Origin: Bacteroidota bacterium
GTDB lineage: Bacteria; Bacteroidota; Bacteroidia; Bacteroidales; UBA10428
Assembly (NCBI GenBank): GCA_003252385.1
Contig: QKEH01000139.1
Span: forward strand, 22,598 to 86,597
Direction: 5' to 3'
DNA: 64,000 nucleotides
Made by a program: the position numbers and the translations under genes. Below, piece after piece: positions 36,587 through 44,845 of the stretch; position 1 is the first letter of the stretch, and each line of letters begins with the position of its first letter. Under the pieces are notes generated by a model that saw only the letters and a program-made list of their open reading frames with translations, was not told the origin of the DNA and ran no database searches.

Positions 36587-39211
36587 ATGACGAAACTATT
36601 ACAGCTATATAACAAATATTTTGGCAAGGATACGAACCAATTGCCTTTTGCGATTGTACTGGGATGCTTTTTGCCTATCATAGCATGGGTTATTGAAATA
36701 ATCTATCACAAAGCACCTGTTAGCCCTGCAGGACTGCTCCAATTACACAAAGAAAATGGGGCCCTTTTCGTGATCGACCTAATCCCTCTGCTATTAATTG
36801 GGTTAACTGCAATTACCCGTTTCAACCAGAAAACAGTAACCGAAGAATTCAATACAAAGTTGAATTCCCAGGAAAGACACTTGCAAAGCCTGGCCGAATT
36901 TGCCAAACAAATAGGCGAAGGCAATTACAATACCCAGCTCAATGTCGAAGAAAATAACGACTCGCTATCGCAGGCACTACTGGTTATGCGCGAGAACCTG
37001 GTTGCCAACCATAAAAAAGACACCGAACAGAACTGGATAGCCGAAGGGAAGGAAATAGTTTCTGACATCATGCGAACCAACAGCAGGGTTGAAGATCTAA
37101 CAATTCAAGTAATACGCGCGCTGGTGAAATACGTCAATTTGGTACAAGGCGCACTGTACCTTTATAACGAAGAGAAAGAAATACTTGAAAATGTTGCTAC
37201 CTATGCCTATAACCGCCAGAAATATATCAACCAAACCTTCAAAATTGGCCATGGACTAATTGGAGCCTGTGCCTACGAGAAAGAGTACATCTATCGTACC
37301 GAAATTCCCGACACTTATGCTACCATCACCTCCGGAATACTGGGCGATCAGAAACCCCAAAGCATTTTACTGGTACCTCTTATAACCGATGAAAAACTGC
37401 AAGGTGTAATTGAATTTGCCACCCTCCAAAAAGAAATCCCGGAACTTACCATACGTTTGTTGGTTGAATTGGCCGAGATTATTGCCCGCACCGTATTCAA
37501 TCTAAAAATAAACCAGCGTACGGAGATGCTCCTCCGCGAATCGCAGAAGATGACGGCTGAACTCAAGGAGAACGAAGAGCAGCTGCAACAAAACGCCGAG
37601 GAAATGCGAGCCACCCAGGAGGAACTCCAAAAATCCAACGAGCAACTCGAAACCAATATTCAAAAAGTGGAGAATGCTCAGAAACGACTTTATTCCCTGC
37701 TCGAAAATGCCTCGGAGATCATCGCCATCTACAATGAAAATATGCAGCTTACCTACGAGAGTCCGTCGGTAATTAAAATTCTGGGCTACACCCCGGAAGA
37801 GATGATGGGTGGCAAGGATATGGATCGTTTGACCCGAAAAGGGGAAACCGCTATGCGCCAAATGTTTAAGCAAATACTGGCGAACCCATCCGAAGCCGTA
37901 TCGATTCAGTATACCTACATGAAGAAGAACGGTCAGAAGATATTCCTTGAAACCACCGGACGAAATCTTCTGGATGATCCGGCCATCAATGGAATTATTT
38001 TGAATTCGAGCGATATTACCGAACGAAAACGCGCCGAGAAAGAGGAACGGATGCGAAGCAAGATGCAGGCACTTTCGGAGAACTCATTGGACATGATTCT
38101 TCGACTTAGCACCGTTGGTCAGTTCTTTTATGCCAACCCCATGGTAAAAAACTATACCGGCATCGATAATCAAAACCTCATCAATAAAACTCTTAACGAA
38201 GTTAACTTTGATGAAATCCTGTTCAATTATTTCCGCGACACCATAGCCGAAATAAAGGAATCCCCTGAAAAAACGACCAAAGAAATTACCATTACCGTTC
38301 CCACAGAGGATGGTGGCACGGAAGAAAGCATTATGAGTTTCAATGCCATCCCTGAATTTAATGAGAACGAGCTGGAAACTATCCTTTTTGTAGGACACGA
38401 TATAACTGAAGCCAAACGTATTGAACTGGAGATTCAGGATAAAAATCGAAAAATTGAAGATTCCATCAACTACGCGCGCCGAATTCAAACCTCTATACTC
38501 CCGGATAACCGGGTACTCCGCGAAGCATTACCCAAATCGTTCATATTTTATCGCCCTCGTGATGTGGTTAGTGGCGATTTCCCCTGGTACTTCCGAAAAG
38601 GCGATGATATTTTTATTGCTGCTGTAGACTGTACAGGGCATGGTGTTCCAGGAGCATTGCTCTCATTCATCGGGTACTTTTTGCTGAATAACATAGCCGA
38701 CCATCCCGTTGAACACACGGCATCCAGTTTGTTGAATAACCTCCATGCCTCGGTTCGAAAAACCCTGAAACAGGACGAAACCAATGCCGAAGCCCGTGAT
38801 GGAATGGACATTGCACTTTGTAAAATCAACTTTAAAAAAATGGAACTGCAATATGCAGGTGCCCACCGACCCCTTTACTTTTTGCGCGAAGGAGAACTTA
38901 CCGAATACAGAGGCGATCGCAAAGCCATTGGCGGCATTCCTCATAAAAACAAACTGGAAAAAGACTTTACGAATTATAGCATCGATCTTCAAAAAGGAGA
39001 CCGGGTATTCTTCTTCTCCGATGGACTCCCCGACCAACTGGGAGGGGATGAAGCAAAAAAATACTCCCCGAAACGAATTCGCGACAATATTGTTGAGAAC
39101 AAACACTTGACTATGGAGGAATATAATACTTTCTTTGCGAATGACTTTCTGGGTTGGATGACGAATCACAAACCGATTGACGATGTCCTCTTAATAGGCA
39201 TCGAGTTTTAA
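36587..39211 (+). CDS. Membrane sensor phosphatase (SiaA/RsbU-like): 2 TM, HAMP-like linker, GAF, coiled coil, 2 PAS, PP2C/SpoIIE
   Basis: I chose the ATG at 36587. The GAF core is YVNLVQGALYLYN...ITSGILGDQKPQSILLVPLITDEKLQGVIEFAT and the coiled coil is ENEEQLQQNAEEMRATQEELQKSNEQLE. The PAS boundaries are DITERKRAE and DITEAKRIE. PP2C motifs are ARRIQTSILP, VSGDFPWY, AAVDCTGHGVPGALLS, FFFSDGLPDQ and DDVLLIGIEF. Confidence 0.8.
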   Translation: MTKLLQLYNKYFGKDTNQLPFAIVLGCFLPIIAWVIEIIYHKAPVSPAGLLQLHKENGALFVIDLIPLLLIGLTAITRFNQKTVTEEFNTKLNSQERHLQSLAEFAKQIGEGNYNTQLNVEENNDSLSQALLVMRENLVANHKKDTEQNWIAEGKEIVSDIMRTNSRVEDLTIQVIRALVKYVNLVQGALYLYNEEKEILENVATYAYNRQKYINQTFKIGHGLIGACAYEKEYIYRTEIPDTYATITSGILGDQKPQSILLVPLITDEKLQGVIEFATLQKEIPELTIRLLVELAEIIARTVFNLKINQRTEMLLRESQKMTAELKENEEQLQQNAEEMRATQEELQKSNEQLETNIQKVENAQKRLYSLLENASEIIAIYNENMQLTYESPSVIKILGYTPEEMMGGKDMDRLTRKGETAMRQMFKQILANPSEAVSIQYTYMKKNGQKIFLETTGRNLLDDPAINGIILNSSDITERKRAEKEERMRSKMQALSENSLDMILRLSTVGQFFYANPMVKNYTGIDNQNLINKTLNEVNFDEILFNYFRDTIAEIKESPEKTTKEITITVPTEDGGTEESIMSFNAIPEFNENELETILFVGHDITEAKRIELEIQDKNRKIEDSINYARRIQTSILPDNRVLREALPKSFIFYRPRDVVSGDFPWYFRKGDDIFIAAVDCTGHGVPGALLSFIGYFLLNNIADHPVEHTASSLLNNLHASVRKTLKQDETNAEARDGMDIALCKINFKKMELQYAGAHRPLYFLREGELTEYRGDRKAIGGIPHKNKLEKDFTNYSIDLQKGDRVFFFSDGLPDQLGGDEAKKYSPKRIRDNIVENKHLTMEEYNTFFANDFLGWMTNHKPIDDVLLIGIEF

Positions 39212-39232
39212 TGATAAATAAACAGGTGTATT

Positions 39233-39814
39233 ATGGACAATAAAAAAGATGTAAAAGGCTTTCTGGAATTTGTCTACGAGTTCTACAAATCCATGAAAGC
39301 TCACGAAATCACCCTGGTGTATGAAGGAGAAATCACACACCAGATTACCAAAGCATTCACCTCGCTAACCGAGTCGAACATGGCCAAAGATGATGAGCCA
39401 GGAAATGTTCAACGGAAGGTTTTCCACGTAATGGTAGAATGCCTACAGAACATTAGCAAACATGCCGATGATTTTTCGTCGAGTGACTTCCTCTTCTCCG
39501 GGCGAGGCATTTTTCTGGTTAGCAAAGGCGATAATGAATACAGCGTAACCACCGGAAACGCTGTGGACAACGATAAAATCGAAGAGTTAACCAACATGCT
39601 CGAAACCATCAATAAAATGGATAAAGACGAGCTTAAAGATCTTTATAAAAAACAAATGAAAGAAGGACGCCTGTCGGAAAAAGGCGGAGCCGGACTTGGC
39701 TTTATCGATATTAAGCGCAAAACAGGCCGAGATCTTGAATATCACTTTTTGCCCATTTCGAACGATACTTCTTTCTTTTTATTAACTTCGACTATCTCAA
39801 GAGACGACAATTAA
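39233..39814 (+). CDS. SiaB/RsbW-like HATPase-fold Ser/Thr protein kinase
   Basis: 193 aa with an N-box-like VMVECLQNISKHA and a G-box-like EKGGAGLGFIDIKRKTG. The size and position, between a PP2C gene and a DUF1987 gene, match the SiaB arrangement. Confidence 0.65.
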   Translation: MDNKKDVKGFLEFVYEFYKSMKAHEITLVYEGEITHQITKAFTSLTESNMAKDDEPGNVQRKVFHVMVECLQNISKHADDFSSSDFLFSGRGIFLVSKGDNEYSVTTGNAVDNDKIEELTNMLETINKMDKDELKDLYKKQMKEGRLSEKGGAGLGFIDIKRKTGRDLEYHFLPISNDTSFFLLTSTISRDDN

Positions 39815-39827
39815 ATACAGTGTAGCT

Positions 39828-40208
39828 ATGGAAACTATCAAAATTCAAGGTACAGAAGATACCCCCAAAGTAACCCTAGATAAGGAGCATGAAATTATGG
39901 AGATATCGGGTCGGTCGTTACCGGAAGACGTAGCTTCATTCTATGATCCGGTTCTTGCCTGGTTGGACGAATATGCTCAGGATCCCAACCCAAAAACAGT
40001 ATTTAACTTCAAACTCATGTATTTCAACACTGCTTCGTCCAAGTTGATTCTGGATATCTTAATGAAGCTGGAAGAAATCCACGAAGCAGGACATGACGTA
40101 ACCATTCGTTGGCACTTCCCCGAGGACGATGAGGACATGGAAGAAGCAGGCGAAGAATACGCCGATATTGTAGATGTACCTTTTGATCAGGTACCCTATT
40201 CAGGTTAA
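39828..40208 (+). CDS. DUF1987 / SiaC-like partner-switch protein
   Basis: 126 aa: IKIQGTEDTPKVTLD...ISGRSLPEDVASFYDPVLAWLDEY...FNFKLMYFNTASSKLILDILMKLEE...IRWHF. This pattern is characteristic of DUF1987. The conserved Thr is at codon 68 (40029-40031). Confidence 0.75.
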   Translation: METIKIQGTEDTPKVTLDKEHEIMEISGRSLPEDVASFYDPVLAWLDEYAQDPNPKTVFNFKLMYFNTASSKLILDILMKLEEIHEAGHDVTIRWHFPEDDEDMEEAGEEYADIVDVPFDQVPYSG

Positions 40209-40251
40209 TTTGCCCACACCCAAGGTGTGTCAGCTAATCTAAACGTACGGT

Positions 40252-43200
40252 ATGAGTGAGGAAATTCTAAAAGCGCTTATGCAACTCTTTGCCATTGTGG
40301 CAAAGCAGGACGAAGGCGTTGAAGCAACCCAGGTAGATTATGTAAAGAACTTTCTGGAACAGCAGCTTACTGCTGAGAAGGTAGCGGAATACTATATGCT
40401 TTTCGAAAAGCATGCCGGGTTGCGGGATGAAGACGAATCGAAAATAAAAAATAAACTCACTTCAGTTCGCGATTCCGTGCGTATTCTGGGTTTGTGTAAA
40501 AAGATCAATAAGACACTTACCCAGAAGCAAAAAGTGGTTGCGTTACTGCGCCTCTTCGAAATTATCAACGCCGATCGCAAGTTTACCGACCAACGGATGG
40601 CAATCCTTAATACGGTTGCTGAGGTGTTCAATATTTCACAGGAAGAGTTTAAGAGTATCGAACTTTTTGTTGTTCAAACCCAACCGGAACACCTCGACAA
40701 CGAGAGTATACTTATCATCAACGATAAGAAGACACGGTTTGAACACGCCAAGAAGATCAAAACCAAAGAGCTTGATGCAGATATCTATATCCTTCGGATT
40801 GTAAGCGTTGATCTGTACTTCCTAAAATATACCGGTAATGAGGATTTGTATCTAAACGGACTACCCATCAACAATACCCGTATTTATCTTTTCGCGAATG
40901 GCAGCACTGTAAAACTCCCCAAAGGAGCACCTGTTTATTATAGTGATATTGCCGCACATTTTCTGGCGGACATCTCCGCCAGCAAGATATCCTTTACTGT
41001 TCGCGATTTGAGTTATCAATTCTCCAACGGAAATCTGGGTCTTCGAGACATTTCCTTCTCCGAAGGACATGGACGTTTGATCGGAATTATGGGAGCCAGT
41101 GGTGCTGGAAAAACCACCCTGTTGAATGTTCTGTCGGGCATTGAAGCTCCTACTCAGGGGGAAGTGCTGATCAACGGACTCAACCTGCACAAAGAAAAAG
41201 AAAAGTTGGAAGGAGTTATTGGGCTTATTCCCCAGGATGATTTGCTGATTGAAGAACTCACCGTTTTTGAGAATCTGTTTTACAATGCCAAGCTTTGCTT
41301 TAAGGATAAAAACGACAAGGAGATCACCCAACTGGTGAACAAAACCCTAACCAGCCTGGGACTTTTCGATCGCAAAGATTTAAAAGTTGGATCACCTCTT
41401 AAGAAAACCATCAGTGGAGGGCAACGCAAACGCCTGAACATTGCTCTTGAACTGATTCGGGAGCCCTCCATATTGTTTGTCGATGAACCGACTTCAGGAC
41501 TTTCTTCCCGCGACTCCGAAAATGTTATGGATCTTCTGCGGGAGCTTACCTTAAAAGGCAAGTTGATATTTGTGGTCATTCACCAACCTTCGTCCGACAT
41601 TTACAAAATGTTCGACAAAATGGTGATACTCGACACGGGCGGATATCTGATATACTATGGCAACCCGGTAGAAGGGGTCATGTATTTTAAACGCATGGAT
41701 GCCCAGATTAACAGCGATGTTGGCGAATGTGCAACCTGTGGTAATGTGAATCCGGAACTGATCTTCAACATTATTGAAGCCCATGTGGTGGATGAATTCG
41801 GCAACTATACCGATACGCGAAAAGTTTCGCCCACCAAATGGGAAGAGAACTACCAACAAAATTTCTTCCCCGAAGAAGTGGAAAGGGTTTCGGATCCACC
41901 CCCGAAATCTTTAAATATTCCCGGATGGTTCAAACAATTGAAAATTTATGGTATCCGGGATTTTTTGGCTAAGATCAGCAATCATCAATATGTCGCATTG
42001 AATCTGCTCGAAGCACCGGTACTTGGCTTCATACTCTCTTACCTGATCCGTTACATCGAAGACCCGAATTCAAAAATATACATCTTCAGGGTAAATGAGA
42101 ATATGCAGATATTTATCTTCATGTCTCTAATCGTAGCCCTTTTCCTTGGGTTAATGGTGAGCGCCGAGGAAATAGTCAAGGACAGGAAGATATTGAAGCG
42201 GGAAAAATTCCTCAATCTGAGTAAATCCAGCTACCTGCTTTCCAAAATATTAATACTCTTTATCATTAGCGCCATCCAGGCATTCCTGTTTGTGATTATT
42301 GCCAACAGCATTCTTGGGATAAAAGGAATGGGGTTCATCTACTGGTTTGCCCTGTTTTCTACAGCAGCTTTCGCCAATATGCTAGGGTTGAATATTTCCT
42401 CCACTTTCGATTCAGCCGTTACCATCTATATCCTTATACCGCTCCTCATGATACCCATGATGGTACTTAGCGGAGCCATGTTTAGTTTTGATAAATTGAA
42501 TCAACGTATCGGCCGGGTGGATAAAGTTCCGTTCATAGCCGAATTTATGGTCACCAAATGGGGCTACGAAGCTCTTATGGTACACCAGTTTAAGGATAAT
42601 AAATTTACTCATACTTTCTATGATTTAGAGCGACAGGAAAGTATTGCGGATTTCAAAAAGGTATACTACCTGCCGGAACTTCGCGACCGTCTCACCCGAA
42701 TTGATAAAGAACTTCGAGATATCAATCAGATTGATATCACCAAGGAAGATTTAACCTTACTAGTCAATGAGATTCGCAAGGAGAACAAACTGATCCGACT
42801 TATTGAGGATGATTTTATTAAGCAGGGCCATACCGAAGCAATTGACCTGATCAAACCGGTATACTTCGAGGATGTAGATGCTCTTACGAAAAATTTCACC
42901 TCACGGGATTCCCGGAGCGTTTACGAGTATTTAAAATCGCTGGATAGTTTCTATACCAATTTGTTTGCACTGGCCAGTAAGAAGCGTCAAAATATGATCA
43001 ACTACTTCCTGGAGAACCAACCGGAACGTTATCAGGAACGCTTTGACAGTTACTATAATGAAGCGATCTCCGATATACTTAAGAAAGTATATGAAAAACA
43101 GAAAATTCTGGAATACAGAAACCAACTGGTACAGCATATTGATCCGATATATGAGTATCCTATACCTTCGAATCCATTGAGCTTCCGAAGCCATTTCCTG

Positions 43201-43353
43201 GCCCCTTGCAAGCACTTTCTAGGCAAGTACTTCGATACCTACTGGTTCAATATGACCGTTATCTGGATTCTTACAGCGATATGCTATGGTTTATTGTATT
43301 TTGACGTGTTTAAAAAGCTGCTGACCATCAGCGAAAGTCTAAAAAGAAAATAA
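40252..43353 (+). CDS. ABCG-type half transporter (NBD then ABC-2 TMD) with ~260-aa N-terminal regulatory extension
   Basis: Walker A GASGAGKTT, signature ISGGQRKRLNIALEL and Walker B ILFVDEPTSGLS, with 5-6 C-terminal TM segments. The N-terminus is TerB-like and helical (LMQLFAIVAKQDEGVEATQVDYV...), followed by a beta-rich segment (DADIYILRIVSVDLYFLKYTGNEDLYLNGLPINNTRIYLFANGSTVKL). Confidence 0.85.
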   Translation: MSEEILKALMQLFAIVAKQDEGVEATQVDYVKNFLEQQLTAEKVAEYYMLFEKHAGLRDEDESKIKNKLTSVRDSVRILGLCKKINKTLTQKQKVVALLRLFEIINADRKFTDQRMAILNTVAEVFNISQEEFKSIELFVVQTQPEHLDNESILIINDKKTRFEHAKKIKTKELDADIYILRIVSVDLYFLKYTGNEDLYLNGLPINNTRIYLFANGSTVKLPKGAPVYYSDIAAHFLADISASKISFTVRDLSYQFSNGNLGLRDISFSEGHGRLIGIMGASGAGKTTLLNVLSGIEAPTQGEVLINGLNLHKEKEKLEGVIGLIPQDDLLIEELTVFENLFYNAKLCFKDKNDKEITQLVNKTLTSLGLFDRKDLKVGSPLKKTISGGQRKRLNIALELIREPSILFVDEPTSGLSSRDSENVMDLLRELTLKGKLIFVVIHQPSSDIYKMFDKMVILDTGGYLIYYGNPVEGVMYFKRMDAQINSDVGECATCGNVNPELIFNIIEAHVVDEFGNYTDTRKVSPTKWEENYQQNFFPEEVERVSDPPPKSLNIPGWFKQLKIYGIRDFLAKISNHQYVALNLLEAPVLGFILSYLIRYIEDPNSKIYIFRVNENMQIFIFMSLIVALFLGLMVSAEEIVKDRKILKREKFLNLSKSSYLLSKILILFIISAIQAFLFVIIANSILGIKGMGFIYWFALFSTAAFANMLGLNISSTFDSAVTIYILIPLLMIPMMVLSGAMFSFDKLNQRIGRVDKVPFIAEFMVTKWGYEALMVHQFKDNKFTHTFYDLERQESIADFKKVYYLPELRDRLTRIDKELRDINQIDITKEDLTLLVNEIRKENKLIRLIEDDFIKQGHTEAIDLIKPVYFEDVDALTKNFTSRDSRSVYEYLKSLDSFYTNLFALASKKRQNMINYFLENQPERYQERFDSYYNEAISDILKKVYEKQKILEYRNQLVQHIDPIYEYPIPSNPLSFRSHFLAPCKHFLGKYFDTYWFNMTVIWILTAICYGLLYFDVFKKLLTISESLKRK

Positions 43354-43435
43354 TGGTTTTTACTGAAACAGATTTTTAATATCTTTATAGATATTGTTAC
43401 ATTTGTTTAACGCAGAACAACTAACATTACGAGCT

Positions 43436-44341
43436 ATGCTTAGAAAATTTTATGCGCTTTTTGTTGTGAGTATACTGATCTTCGGATGCAAATCGGGAGG
43501 AGAACAAAACACAGGCGATGACTTCAAAGTGCCTGAGGCAGTAGTCAATGAAGGAGTTCTTGAAATCTCCGAAGAAGTTATGCAGGATATTGTGCAGAAT
43601 ATTGCCTCCCCGGTTGAAATGGCCGCTTTGGTAAAAAGTCTGGATGCCGGTTTTTCCAGTAAATATCTCGCTCCCACTGAAAACGTGGACGATCTGACAA
43701 CAAGTTATCAACAAGCGTTTCATTTGGGCATTTATGCTGCCGATTTGGGTTATCTGAACATTTACAATAAGAACAACTCCGTCATTGAATACATTACCGC
43801 CATAAAAACGCTTGCCGATGGCATACGCGTGGGTCAGTTCTTTGATTTCTCCACGTTAAAGCGGCTTACTCAAAATTCGCAAAACTTGGACTCCTTAATG
43901 TACACCTCGGTGCATAGCTTCAATCAAATGGACAAATACCTAAGAAGCGACAATCGAAGCAATTTGAGTACTGCCATGGTCGCCGGAATCTGGATCGAAG
44001 GTCTTTATTTGGCAACGCAAGTTGCGAAAGCTTCCCCACATCCCCAGCTTTCAGAACGTATTGGTGAGCAGAAGATTATTATGAGCGATTTAATGCTTAT
44101 CCTGGGCAATTACAAAAGCGATAAGAACTTTGCCAAGCTATTTGATGCATTTAACCAATTAAAAGCAGAGTTTAATAATGTTACTATTACCATCGAAAAA
44201 GGGGAGCCAGAAATGATTGAAGAAGACGGGATGCTCGTTATTGTTCAAAACGATGTAAGCATTGTTAACATCACCCCGGAACAGCTGACAAGCATTATCA
44301 AAAAGACCGAAGAAATCCGTAACATGCTAATCAGTATTTAA
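43436..44341 (+). CDS. Hypothetical lipoprotein (operon member)
   Basis: ATG at 43436 with lipobox MLRKFYALFVVSILIFGC. The rest is predicted mostly helical and I recognised no domain. Confidence 0.5.
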   Translation: MLRKFYALFVVSILIFGCKSGGEQNTGDDFKVPEAVVNEGVLEISEEVMQDIVQNIASPVEMAALVKSLDAGFSSKYLAPTENVDDLTTSYQQAFHLGIYAADLGYLNIYNKNNSVIEYITAIKTLADGIRVGQFFDFSTLKRLTQNSQNLDSLMYTSVHSFNQMDKYLRSDNRSNLSTAMVAGIWIEGLYLATQVAKASPHPQLSERIGEQKIIMSDLMLILGNYKSDKNFAKLFDAFNQLKAEFNNVTITIEKGEPEMIEEDGMLVIVQNDVSIVNITPEQLTSIIKKTEEIRNMLISI

Positions 44342-44342
44342 G

Positions 44343-44783
44343 ATGAAAAAATTCCTGAAGCTCATTTACCTCTCAATATTTCTTATCTCTACTGAAGCTT
44401 TTGCACAGGATAATGTTGAGTTAGTGGCACAATGTGCCGCCAGTGCCGGCGATGTTACCTATTTAAAGGATTTTGTCGTTAAATTGGATGCCGGGGTTCC
44501 TGGAGGAAACCCACCTTCGGCAAAATTCTCCATGGTATTAAGCAAAAGCACGCAATATCGCTTTTCGATTTGCACAGCTCCTGACTCCGATGGAGAGGCC
44601 ATTCTACAACTTTTTGACATGAATGTTTTACAGGGTAGTACCTACATTAGCGCAACCGGTAAAGAATTTCCCTTCTTCGATTTTAAATGCCAAAAAACTG
44701 GTGTTTATCATGTTTTTATTTCCTTTAAAGAAGGGAAACCAGGAGAGGCAGTTGGAATCCTATCGTTTGTAAAGAAACTGTAA
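44343..44783 (+). CDS. Small secreted hypothetical protein (last operon gene)
   Basis: Starts 1 nt after the previous stop codon. It has a signal peptide (MKKFLKLIYLSIFLISTEAFAQ), four Cys residues and no recognised domain. Confidence 0.45.
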   Translation: MKKFLKLIYLSIFLISTEAFAQDNVELVAQCAASAGDVTYLKDFVVKLDAGVPGGNPPSAKFSMVLSKSTQYRFSICTAPDSDGEAILQLFDMNVLQGSTYISATGKEFPFFDFKCQKTGVYHVFISFKEGKPGEAVGILSFVKKL

Positions 44784-44803
44784 AATCACACATCCCGATA
44801 TTG

Positions 44804-44830
44804 AAAAAGCCACAAATTGTGGCTTTTTTT
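44804..44830 (+). terminator. Rho-independent terminator ending the 31344-44783 operon
   Basis: AAAAA, then GCCACA-AAT-TGTGGC, then TTTTTTT. The flanking A-run and T-run allow bidirectional function. Confidence 0.85.
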
Positions 44831-44845
44831 ATTTCAAGATATTTT

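Noticed and set aside
40214-40229. Small hairpin (CACACC-CAA-GGTGTG) between the SiaC-like gene and the ABC gene
   Set aside because: It has only 6 bp with a 3-nt loop and no U-run. That is too weak to call an attenuator or terminator, and the operon most likely reads through.
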